Source: an uncultured Actinomycetota bacterium
GTDB lineage: Bacteria; Actinomycetota; Actinomycetes; Propionibacteriales; Nocardioidaceae
Length of the DNA: 64,000 bases
Assembly (NCBI GenBank): GCA_963815445.1
Contig: CAWFGV010000004.1
Span: 121,346 to 185,345 of the forward strand
Direction: 5' to 3'
The position numbers and the translations under genes were made by a program. A model generated the notes under the pieces. It saw nothing but the letters and a program-made list of their open reading frames with translations, was not told where the DNA came from and did not search any database. This document shows positions 9,322 through 17,411 of the stretch, in pieces. Within the stretch, counting starts at the first letter, position 1. The number at the start of each line of letters is the position of its first letter.

Positions 9322-12300
9322 ATGGTGTCCTGTCCTTCGTGTGGTGATGAGAACCCGGACGGGAAGAAGTTCTGCGGTGAGTGCGCGGCGCCGTTGGCTG
9401 CTCCGGCCCGGGGTCTGGGGGAGGAGCGCAAGGTTGTCACGTCGTTGTTCTGTGATCTGGTGGGGTTCACGGCGACGTCGGAGTCGGCGGATCCCGAGGA
9501 CGTGAACATGATGTTGGCGGCGTATTTCGCGATGGCGCGCAAGCATATCGAGGGTTTCGGTGGGACGGTGGAGAAGTTCATCGGGGACGCGGTGGTGGGA
9601 GTGTTCGGGGTTCCGGTGGCGCATGAGGATGATCCGGAGCGTGCGGTGCGGGCGGGGTTGAAGATCGTGGAGGCGGCTGAGGAGTTGCGGTCGGTGGGGG
9701 ATGCGCCGTTGGTGATGCGGGTCGGGGTCAACACCGGACCGGCGTTGGTGCGGCTTGGGGCGGTGCCGGGTTCGGGGGAGGGGATGTTGGCTGGGGATGC
9801 GATCAACACGGCATCGCGGTTGCAGTCGGTGGCGCCGGAGATGGGGGTGGCGGTCGGAGTCGGCACCTTTGAGGCGACGGCACGGGTCTTTGAGTACGAC
9901 GAGCTGGAGCCGGCGGTGGTGAAGGGGAAGGCGGAGCCGGTGCGGGTGTTCTGGGCGAAGGCTTCGCTGGCCCGGTTCGGGACCGACATCACCCGCACCC
10001 ATGACTCCCCGTTTGTGGGTCGGGAGATCGACCTGGCGGTGCTGAAGGGGGTGTTCGACAAGACGGTCGCTGCGGCGGCGCCGCAGCTGGTCACGGTCGT
10101 GGGGGAGCCGGGGTTGGGCAAGTCGCGGTTGGTGGCGGAGCTGTTCTCCTATATCGATGACCGGCCTGGTCTGGTCCGGTGGCGGCAGGGGCGTTGTCTG
10201 CCTTATGGGGAGGGGATCACCTATTGGGCGTTGGGGGAGATCCTCAAGGCCCATACCGGGATCTTGGACTCCGACCCGCCAGTGACGGCTCAGACCAAGC
10301 TGGATGCGGTGTTGCCGGCGGGGTCGGAGCGGGAGTGGTTTCGGCAACGGCTGCTGCCGCTGCTGGGGATCGAGGCGACGTCAACCGCGGAACGCGACGA
10401 GCTGTTCACGGCGTGGCGCCGGTTCTTCGAACATGTCGCCGACCTGGACCCGACCGTGTTGGTGTTCGAGGACCTGCACTGGGCCGACCCGGCCATGCTG
10501 GCGTTCCTGGAACATCTCGCGGACCGCGCCGAAGGGGTCCCGCTGCTGGTCGTCGGCACGGCCCGGCCGGAGCTGTTCGACCACCACCCCGACTACGCCC
10601 GCGGGTTACGCAACACCACCTCGATCAACCTGGTCCCGTTGACGCAGGCCGAGACGACCCGGCTGGTGTGCGGATTGTTGGACACCACCGTGATCCCGGC
10701 CGAGCTGCAGACCCCGATCCTGGAACGGGCCGGTGGTAACCCGCTGTATGCCGAGGAGTTCCTCCGGCTCCTCAAGGACAAGGAGCTCCTCGTGCACCAC
10801 GGTGCGAGCTGGGGGCTGGTCCAGGATGCCGAGATCCCGTTCCCCGACACCGTGCAGGCGTTGATCGCGGCCCGCCTGGACACCCTGGCTCCGGACCGCA
10901 AAGCGCTGCTGGCTGATGCTGCTGTGGTCGGGAAGGTGTTCTGGGCGGGTGCGGTCGCGGCGATGGGCGACGTGGCCGAGGTCGACGTCGTGGACCTCCT
11001 GCATGAGCTGTCCCGCAAGGAGCTCGTGCGACCGTCTCGCCGTTCCACCATGGAAGGCGAGGCCGAGTACGCGTTCTGGCATGTGCTCGCACGTGACGTC
11101 GCCTACAGCCAGATCCCCCGTGCCTCCCGCGCCGCCCGCCACGTCGCCGCCGCGACCTGGATCGAGTCCAAGGCCCCGGACCGGCTGGAGGACCTCGCCG
11201 ACGTGCTCGCCTACCACCACACCGCCGCCCTGGACCTCGCGACCGCCGCCGGACAGGCCGACCTCACCGACCTGCAGGAGTCCGCACTGCGGTTCCTCAC
11301 CCTGGCTGGTGAACGTGCCCTCGGACTGAACACCGCCGCCGCCCTGGACGCCTTCGAACGCGCCCTGGTCCTCACCCCGGCCGGACACCCCACCCGGCCC
11401 GACGCCCTCACCCACTTCGCCGACGCCGCACGAAACAGCGGCCGCAACGCCGACGCCGCCACCGCCCTCGACGAAGCCATCACCATCTACCGTCAACGCG
11501 ACGACACCCGCGCCGCCGCCCGCACCATGACCACGCTGGGCAGCGTGCTGGAACGACTCAACGACCCTCGTAGCCGCGAGCTCTCTGCCCAAGCCCTAAA
11601 CCTCCTCGAACCCCTGACGCCCGGCCCCGATCTGGTCGAGGCACTGCTGAATGTCGCAGAAGATGCAATTTTCGCTGGGAGGCCCGAGGAAGGCATCACC
11701 CTCATCGAGCGAGCCCTCACCATTGCCGCCGAGGCTGGTCTGCCCCGACCACCCCTAGCCTTCGCGGCGCGCGGCAACGGCCGAAGCTATCTCGGCGACG
11801 CAGGCGGGCTGCAGGACTACCGCGATGCCATCGAGCTGCAGACCCAGGCCGGACAGGGCAGACGTGCCGCGATCAACTACAACAACCTCGGCGTCGCTCT
11901 CCGCAACTTCAATGGGCCGCAAGCAGCCTTGGACGTCTTGTCTGAAGGCCTTGCGTTTGCCACCCCCCGCGGGCTCGAAGACGTGGCGCTGATAGTCCGG
12001 GGCAGCGCGCTACCGGCGATGCTCAGCAGCGGCGACATCCCCGCAACCCTCACCGCAGCAGCCGAGCTGGCAGTGCACGCCGACGACACCGGCGACGAGC
12101 TCAGCCTTGTCGAGATCCGAGCCGTCCAGGCACTTGCGCTTACCTACACCGGCCGCGCCGACGAAACCCGAGGCGTCCTCGACCTGATCGTCAACGCTGC
12201 CCGGCGATCAGGCCGGCCCGACCTGATCGTCTCCGGGTTCGGCTGTCCAGCGGTCGTCTACGCCACCCTCGGTAGCCACCAGACGACAGTTCAGTTGCTC

Positions 12301-12738
12301 ACCGACATCGAGACCACCCCCGGTCTCGACGACGCCAGTGAGCTCGCCACCTACCTGCCCACGATCGTGCGTTCCGCCATCACGATCGGTGACCCCGGCC
12401 TCGCCGAACGCCTCGCCCGCCACCTCGCCCCCCGATACCCCTACGCCGAACATGCCCTGGCCGCTGTCCGAGCAGCACTCGCGGAAGCACACGGCGAAAC
12501 CGACACCGCCGCCGCCGGCTACGCCGACGCCGCCGCCCGCTGGCAGAGTTTCGGCGACATACCCGAGCAAGGCTTCGCACTGCTCGGCTCAGGCCGTTGT
12601 CTGCTCGCCCTCGCACGCCACGAAGAGGCCAAGGAACCCTTGCTGGCCGCCCGCGACGTCTTCACCCGCTGCGGCATGCTCCCCGCTCTCGAAGAGACCG
12701 AGACGTTACTGGCCAAGGCCACGCCTCTCAGCTCCTAG
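9322..12738 (+). CDS. Zn-ribbon / class III adenylate-guanylate cyclase / STAND (AAA) NTPase / TPR multidomain protein, paralogue 1
   Basis: CPSCGDENPDGKKFCGEC zinc ribbon. Cyclase core FCDLVGFT, EKFIGDAVVGVFG, RVGVNTG and GDAINTASRLQS. Walker A GEPGLGKSRLVAE and Walker B VLVFEDLHWAD. About 600 aa of TPR-like helical repeats follow, ending FALLGSGRCLLALARHEEAKEPL. Confidence 0.9.
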   Translation: MVSCPSCGDENPDGKKFCGECAAPLAAPARGLGEERKVVTSLFCDLVGFTATSESADPEDVNMMLAAYFAMARKHIEGFGGTVEKFIGDAVVGVFGVPVAHEDDPERAVRAGLKIVEAAEELRSVGDAPLVMRVGVNTGPALVRLGAVPGSGEGMLAGDAINTASRLQSVAPEMGVAVGVGTFEATARVFEYDELEPAVVKGKAEPVRVFWAKASLARFGTDITRTHDSPFVGREIDLAVLKGVFDKTVAAAAPQLVTVVGEPGLGKSRLVAELFSYIDDRPGLVRWRQGRCLPYGEGITYWALGEILKAHTGILDSDPPVTAQTKLDAVLPAGSEREWFRQRLLPLLGIEATSTAERDELFTAWRRFFEHVADLDPTVLVFEDLHWADPAMLAFLEHLADRAEGVPLLVVGTARPELFDHHPDYARGLRNTTSINLVPLTQAETTRLVCGLLDTTVIPAELQTPILERAGGNPLYAEEFLRLLKDKELLVHHGASWGLVQDAEIPFPDTVQALIAARLDTLAPDRKALLADAAVVGKVFWAGAVAAMGDVAEVDVVDLLHELSRKELVRPSRRSTMEGEAEYAFWHVLARDVAYSQIPRASRAARHVAAATWIESKAPDRLEDLADVLAYHHTAALDLATAAGQADLTDLQESALRFLTLAGERALGLNTAAALDAFERALVLTPAGHPTRPDALTHFADAARNSGRNADAATALDEAITIYRQRDDTRAAARTMTTLGSVLERLNDPRSRELSAQALNLLEPLTPGPDLVEALLNVAEDAIFAGRPEEGITLIERALTIAAEAGLPRPPLAFAARGNGRSYLGDAGGLQDYRDAIELQTQAGQGRRAAINYNNLGVALRNFNGPQAALDVLSEGLAFATPRGLEDVALIVRGSALPAMLSSGDIPATLTAAAELAVHADDTGDELSLVEIRAVQALALTYTGRADETRGVLDLIVNAARRSGRPDLIVSGFGCPAVVYATLGSHQTTVQLLTDIETTPGLDDASELATYLPTIVRSAITIGDPGLAERLARHLAPRYPYAEHALAAVRAALAEAHGETDTAAAGYADAAARWQSFGDIPEQGFALLGSGRCLLALARHEEAKEPLLAARDVFTRCGMLPALEETETLLAKATPLSS

Positions 12739-12791
12739 CGAGTTGTCAGAAGTAGGGAGGGCTATCGCCGTCCGTACTTCTGACAACTCGG
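12739..12791. repeat. Palindromic intergenic repeat, copy 1 (CGAGTTGTCAGAAGTA ... TACTTCTGACAACTCGG)
   Basis: Perfect 16-bp arms at 12739-12754 and 12775-12790. The loop GGGAGGGC TATC GCCGTCC can pair further with one mismatch. The element starts one nt after the stop of cyclase paralogue 1. Confidence 0.85.
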
Positions 12792-12829
12792 TCCTGACAA
12801 GGTGGGGCAGCGGGCCATAGTCTCGGCTG

Positions 12830-15800
12830 GTGCAGTGTCCTTCGTGTGGTCATGACAATGCCGAGGGGCACAAGTTCTGCAGTGAGTGCGCCGCGTCGCT
12901 GTCGGTCGCAGGACGCAACCTGCGGGAAGAGCGCAAGGTCGTCACCTCGCTCTTCTGTGATCTCGTCGGCTTCACTGCGACCTCGGAGTCCGCTGATCCC
13001 GAAGACGTCAACACGATGCTCGCCGCCTATTACGCCATGGCCCGCAAGCACATCGAGTCCTTCGGCGGCACGGTAGAGAAGTTCATCGGTGACGCCGTCG
13101 TGGGCGTCTTCGGCGTACCCGCCGCACACGAGGACGATCCAGAACGTGCCGTCCGTGCCGGGCTGAAGATCATCGAGGCGGCTGAAGACCTCGCCTCTGT
13201 CGGCGGCGAACCGCTGGCCCTGCGGGTCGGGATCAACACCGGGGAAGCGCTGGTCCGCCTGGGAGCACGGCCGGGCGCCGGTGAGTCGATGCTGGCCGGA
13301 GATGCGATCAACACCGCCTCTCGCCTGCAGTCGGTCGCACCTGAGCTGGGCGTCGCAGTCGGACTTGGTACGTACGAAGCCACGCGGCAGATCTTCGAGT
13401 ACGACGAGCTCGAACCGGCGGCGCTGAAGGGCAAGGCAGAACCAGTGCGGGTGTTCTGGGCGAAGGCGCCTCGCGCGAGGTTCGGAACCGACGTGACGCG
13501 ACGACACGACACGACCTTCGTCGGGCGCGAGATCGACCTGGCGATCCTGAAGGGCGTCTTCGAGAAGACGGTGGCACAGAGCGCGACCCAGCTGGTCACG
13601 ATCATCGGGGAACCCGGTGTCGGGAAGAGTCGTCTGGTCGCGGAGCTCTTCGCGCACATCGAGGAGCGCACGGAACTGATCCGCTGGCGGCAGGGCCGAT
13701 GCCTCCCGTACGGCGAAGGGGTGACCTTCTGGGCTCTGGGCGAGATCCTCAAGGCACACACCGGAATCCTCGAGTCCGACCCACCCGCAACAGCAGCAGC
13801 CAAGCTCGACGTCGTCCTGCCCGAAGGCGCCGAGCGCGAGTGGTTCCGACAACGCCTGCTGCCCCTTCTTGGCATCGAGGCCTCATCATCCGCTGAGCGC
13901 CAGGAGCTGTTCACGGCCTGGAGGCGGTTCCTCGAGCAGATGGCAGAGCAGGACCCCACCGTGTTGGTGTTCGAGGACCTTCACTGGGCCGACCAGGCCA
14001 TGCTGGACTTCCTCGAACACCTCGCTGACCGGGCCGAGGGGCTGCCCCTGCTGATCATCGGGACCGTCCGGCCGGAGCTGTTCGACCACCACCCCGACTA
14101 TGCCCGCGGGCTGCGCAACAACACTCCGATCAATCTCGCACCGCTCTCCCAATCGGAGACCACGCGCCTTGTGTGCTCCCTGCTCGAGACAAGCGTCCTC
14201 CCGGCGGAGCTGCAAACTCCGATCCTGGAGCGTTCCGGTGGCAATCCGTTGTACGCCGAGGAGTTCGTCCGTCTCCTCAAGGACCGAGATCTGCTGGTCA
14301 AGACCGGATCCGCCTGGGCGCTGGCCGAAGACGCGGACATCCCGTTCCCGGACTCTGTGCAAGCACTGATCGCGGCGCGCCTGGACACTCTCTCTCCCGA
14401 ACGCAAGGCCGTGCTGGCCGACGCCGCGGTCATCGGGAAAGTCTTCTGGGCCGGCGGGATAGCCGCCATGGGCGGCCTCGGCGTATCGGACGTGGTCGAG
14501 GTGATGCGCGAGCTCTCCCGCAAGGAGCTCGTGCGGCCGGCCCGCCGTTCTTCGATGGAGGGCGAAGCGGAGTACTCGTTCTGGCATGTGCTGGCCCGCG
14601 ACGTCGCCTACGCCCAGATTCCCAGGGCATCACGAGCGTCCCGTCACGTCGCCGCAGCCGGCTGGGTCGAGTCGACGTCACCGGGGAGGCTCGAGGATCA
14701 CGCGGACGTGTTGGCCTACCACTACACCGCCGCGCTGGAGCTGGCGAAGGCTGCAGGGCAGCGTGACCTGACAGACCTGGAGACCCCCGCGACCCGGTTT
14801 CTCATCCTGGCCGGAGAGCGGGCCCTCGGGCTGGACACCGCCGCGGCTCTCGACGCGTTCGAACGCGCCCTCGCACTGACCCCGGTCGGTCATCCAGCCC
14901 GCGCGGAGACGCTGAGTCGGTTCGGAGATGCCGCCCGTCAGGCGGGACGGCTCAACGACGCCGTCAGCGCACTCGAGGAAGCGGTCGCCCTCTTCGCTGA
15001 CCGCGGCGAGGTGCTCCCCCGCGCGCGCGCGATCAGCGTCCTGTCCGGAGTTCTCCAACGAGTCAACGACCCGCGGTCCGTCAGCCTCTCCGCTAGGGCC
15101 TTGGCCGATCTCGAAGGAATCCCACCCGGCCCCGAACTGATCGACCTGCTCGCCGATGTCGCGTCGGACGCGGCTTCCACCGGCCGCGCCGAGGAGGGCA
15201 TCGCGCTCTCCGAGCGAGCTCTCGCAGCCGCCGAGAGGGCGTCCCTTCCGCGGCCGGCTCGCGCTCTGGGGAGCCTGGCGAATGCGCGCACCGTCCTGGG
15301 CGATGCTGGCGGTCTGGACGACTACCGCGAAGCGTTGAAGCTCGCGATTCAGGCCGGGCAGGGCAGAGTTGCTGGGCTGTTGTACAACAACCTCGGGGTC
15401 GCGTTGCGCCACTTCGAGGGCTCCCGCGCAGCCCTGGAGGTGTTTGCCGAGGGGATCGCCTTTTCCACCTCGCGGGGCATCGACGAAGTGGCGATCTTGA
15501 CGCGCACCAGCTCGCTGCCAGCGATGCTCAACGAGGGTGACCTGCAACGAACGCTGGCGGCCGCGGACGAGGTCGCCAAGCACGCGCATGACAGCGGCGA
15601 CGAGTTCGACCTGGTAGAGATCGGGGGGGTCCAGGCGAACATCCTGACCTACCTTGGAGTGACCGACGTCGCGACTGACTTGCCTGACCGGCTGGCCCGA
15701 ATGGCGCGCCGTTCCAGTCGACCGGATCTCGCTGCGGGGGGTCTCGGAACTGCCGCGATCCTCCTCGTGGCACGGGCAGAGCCAGCGGCCGCAGCGGAGC

Positions 15801-16267
15801 TCATGGAGGAACTGGCGACGACGACAGGGCTGGAGGGCTCGTCCGAGCTGGCCAACTACCTTGCACCGGTCGTGCGGGCCAGCGTCGCCATCGACCGGCC
15901 AGATCTCGGCGAACGACTCGCGGCACGACTCCTGCCGCGCTACAAGAGCGCCGAGCACGCCTTGGCCGCCAGCGAGGCTGTGCTGGCCGAAGCCCACGGA
16001 GACACGGAGCAGGCGGTCGTGGCCTATGCGGACGCACTCGAGCGATGGCAGGAGTTCGGAGTCGTACCAGAGCAGGGATTTGCGCTCCTGGGGCGAGGGC
16101 GTTGTCTGCTGGCCCTGTCCCGGAACGAAGAGGCCAAGGCGTCCCTGTCTGCGGCCCGGGACATCTTCGCCCGCTGCGGCATGCTGCCTGCGTTGACGGA
16201 GACCGACGAGCTACTCGCCGACGCAACCCGCACTCACTTCCTGATTGTCAGAAGTGGAGGGGGCTAG
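12830..16267 (+). CDS. Zn-ribbon / class III adenylate-guanylate cyclase / STAND (AAA) NTPase / TPR multidomain protein, paralogue 2
   Basis: Co-linear with paralogue 1 over the full length and carries the same motifs (CPSCGHDNAEGHKFCSEC, FCDLVGFT, FIGDAVVGVFG, GDAINTASRLQS, GEPGVGKSRLVAE, VLVFEDLHWAD). By eye roughly three quarters of residues are identical. Confidence 0.9.
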   Translation: MQCPSCGHDNAEGHKFCSECAASLSVAGRNLREERKVVTSLFCDLVGFTATSESADPEDVNTMLAAYYAMARKHIESFGGTVEKFIGDAVVGVFGVPAAHEDDPERAVRAGLKIIEAAEDLASVGGEPLALRVGINTGEALVRLGARPGAGESMLAGDAINTASRLQSVAPELGVAVGLGTYEATRQIFEYDELEPAALKGKAEPVRVFWAKAPRARFGTDVTRRHDTTFVGREIDLAILKGVFEKTVAQSATQLVTIIGEPGVGKSRLVAELFAHIEERTELIRWRQGRCLPYGEGVTFWALGEILKAHTGILESDPPATAAAKLDVVLPEGAEREWFRQRLLPLLGIEASSSAERQELFTAWRRFLEQMAEQDPTVLVFEDLHWADQAMLDFLEHLADRAEGLPLLIIGTVRPELFDHHPDYARGLRNNTPINLAPLSQSETTRLVCSLLETSVLPAELQTPILERSGGNPLYAEEFVRLLKDRDLLVKTGSAWALAEDADIPFPDSVQALIAARLDTLSPERKAVLADAAVIGKVFWAGGIAAMGGLGVSDVVEVMRELSRKELVRPARRSSMEGEAEYSFWHVLARDVAYAQIPRASRASRHVAAAGWVESTSPGRLEDHADVLAYHYTAALELAKAAGQRDLTDLETPATRFLILAGERALGLDTAAALDAFERALALTPVGHPARAETLSRFGDAARQAGRLNDAVSALEEAVALFADRGEVLPRARAISVLSGVLQRVNDPRSVSLSARALADLEGIPPGPELIDLLADVASDAASTGRAEEGIALSERALAAAERASLPRPARALGSLANARTVLGDAGGLDDYREALKLAIQAGQGRVAGLLYNNLGVALRHFEGSRAALEVFAEGIAFSTSRGIDEVAILTRTSSLPAMLNEGDLQRTLAAADEVAKHAHDSGDEFDLVEIGGVQANILTYLGVTDVATDLPDRLARMARRSSRPDLAAGGLGTAAILLVARAEPAAAAELMEELATTTGLEGSSELANYLAPVVRASVAIDRPDLGERLAARLLPRYKSAEHALAASEAVLAEAHGDTEQAVVAYADALERWQEFGVVPEQGFALLGRGRCLLALSRNEEAKASLSAARDIFARCGMLPALTETDELLADATRTHFLIVRSGGG

Positions 16268-16292
16268 AGCCGCCTGTACTTTGATCACTCGG
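16243..16292. repeat. Palindromic intergenic repeat, copy 2 (degenerate)
   Basis: GATTGTCAGAAGTGGAGGGGGCTAGAGCCGCCTGTACTTTGATCACTCGG aligns with copy 1 but with a decayed right arm. The stop of paralogue 2 (TAG 16265-16267) lies inside it. The convergent lipoprotein reading frame ends at 16300. Confidence 0.65.
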
Positions 16293-16299
16293 TGGGGGG

Positions 16300-17206
16300 T
16301 CAGTGGCAGACGTCGTGGAGGAGCCCCATCGCCTGAGCCTGGAGGGATCTGGGCGGCTCGATGATCTCGGTGTGCGGGCGGCCGGACCCGACCCGGACGA
16401 TCGCAGTAAAGATGAACGTCTGCTGGCTCGACGACAGGGCATGCGGCTCGCAGCGGTCATTGCCCTGGATCAGCACCGGCACGGTGCACAGCCTGCTGTC
16501 CTGTGTCCAGCCGCGCAACCTCGCCTCGAGGCGGATCGTCGGGGAAGACCTCGAGGAGAACGCTGCCGAGGATCGAGTCGATCACCACGCGGCTGCCCGA
16601 CCCACCGTCCGCTGGCCGCTTCAGGACCAGGGCACCCACCAGGCTCGGCAGCCCGTGGACCACCTCGCGGCGGAACGGCGTCCGGTAGGTCAGAGAGCCG
16701 GCAGCGACCAGGGCAGCGTGCGCGCAGCCGTCGTCGTGCAACTGGGTGAGCTCGTCGATGCCGAGCCGGTCGACCGGGAGTCGCAGCTCGCCGGAACCGT
16801 CCTCCGCCGTGTAGTCGACGACCACGGTCGCGTCCCGCGCCGAGGCACCTGGACCACAGACCGGATCGCCGTAGTCGACGGTGAGGTCGATGGTCCGGCC
16901 GGGTGTGAAGTCGGTGTCCTTGGCGGTGGGCGGTTGGCCCTCGAAGGCCGAGGTCTCGAGCCGCACCTGGTCGACATGCAGCGCGGTCTTCGCGTCGGTC
17001 GTGAGCTCCAGTCCGATCCGTCGCGTCCCGATGTCGGCCCGCTGCTGGACCACCGTGGCCGTCAATCCGACGGGTGCTTGTCCGACGGAAGACCCATCAC
17101 CCGGTGTCGTCTCCCCCGGCCTGTCGCTCGTCCCGCCTCCCGTACAGCCAGCGAGCACGACGAGCAGTCCCACCGCCGCGCCCGCAGCCCAAGCTGTTGA
17201 CCGCAC
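16300..17206 (-). pseudogene. Lipoprotein gene, probably frameshifted near 16541-16544
   Basis: The track ORF 16457..17206 starts MRSTAWAAGAAVGLLVVLAGCTGG (signal peptide plus LAGC lipobox). Its last 25 or so codons are rich in A/T-ending codons. The overlapping 16300..16518 ORF in another frame has G/C-ending codons and protein-like sequence. The total span of 907 nt is not a multiple of 3. Confidence 0.5.
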
Positions 17207-17221
17207 CGCATTCCCCGTCCT

Positions 17222-17274
17222 CGAGTTGTCAGAACCAACTGGCCCTCCAGCGCTGCCTTATTCTGACAAGTCGG
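17222..17274. repeat. Palindromic intergenic repeat, copy 3 (core inverted relative to copy 1)
   Basis: CGAGTTGTCAGAACCAACTGGCCCTCCAGCGCTGCCTTATTCTGACAAGTCGG. The arms GAGTTGTCAGAA / TTCTGACAAGTC have one mismatch. The core GCCCTCC is the reverse complement of the GGAGGGC in copy 1. It lies between the divergent lipoprotein and GGDEF gene starts. Confidence 0.75.
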
Positions 17275-17411
17275 GTGGACGGACCCTAGGACCATCGACC
17301 GAACGGGCAGATCTGCCTCGCAAATGCCTCTATTACGCTGCGTATGTGTCTTGCCACCGTCTGTAGGGCGCATGCTTGAGCACATTGCTCCACCTCTCTG
17401 TCAGGAGTGCC

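Noticed and set aside
9160-10347. N-terminal 395 codons of the 820-aa minus-strand ORF 7885..10347
   Set aside because: This part is Pro/Arg/His-rich nonsense lying antisense to the cyclase gene. The DUF2235 protein starts at the internal MKRLVVCCDGTWN (ATG 9159).
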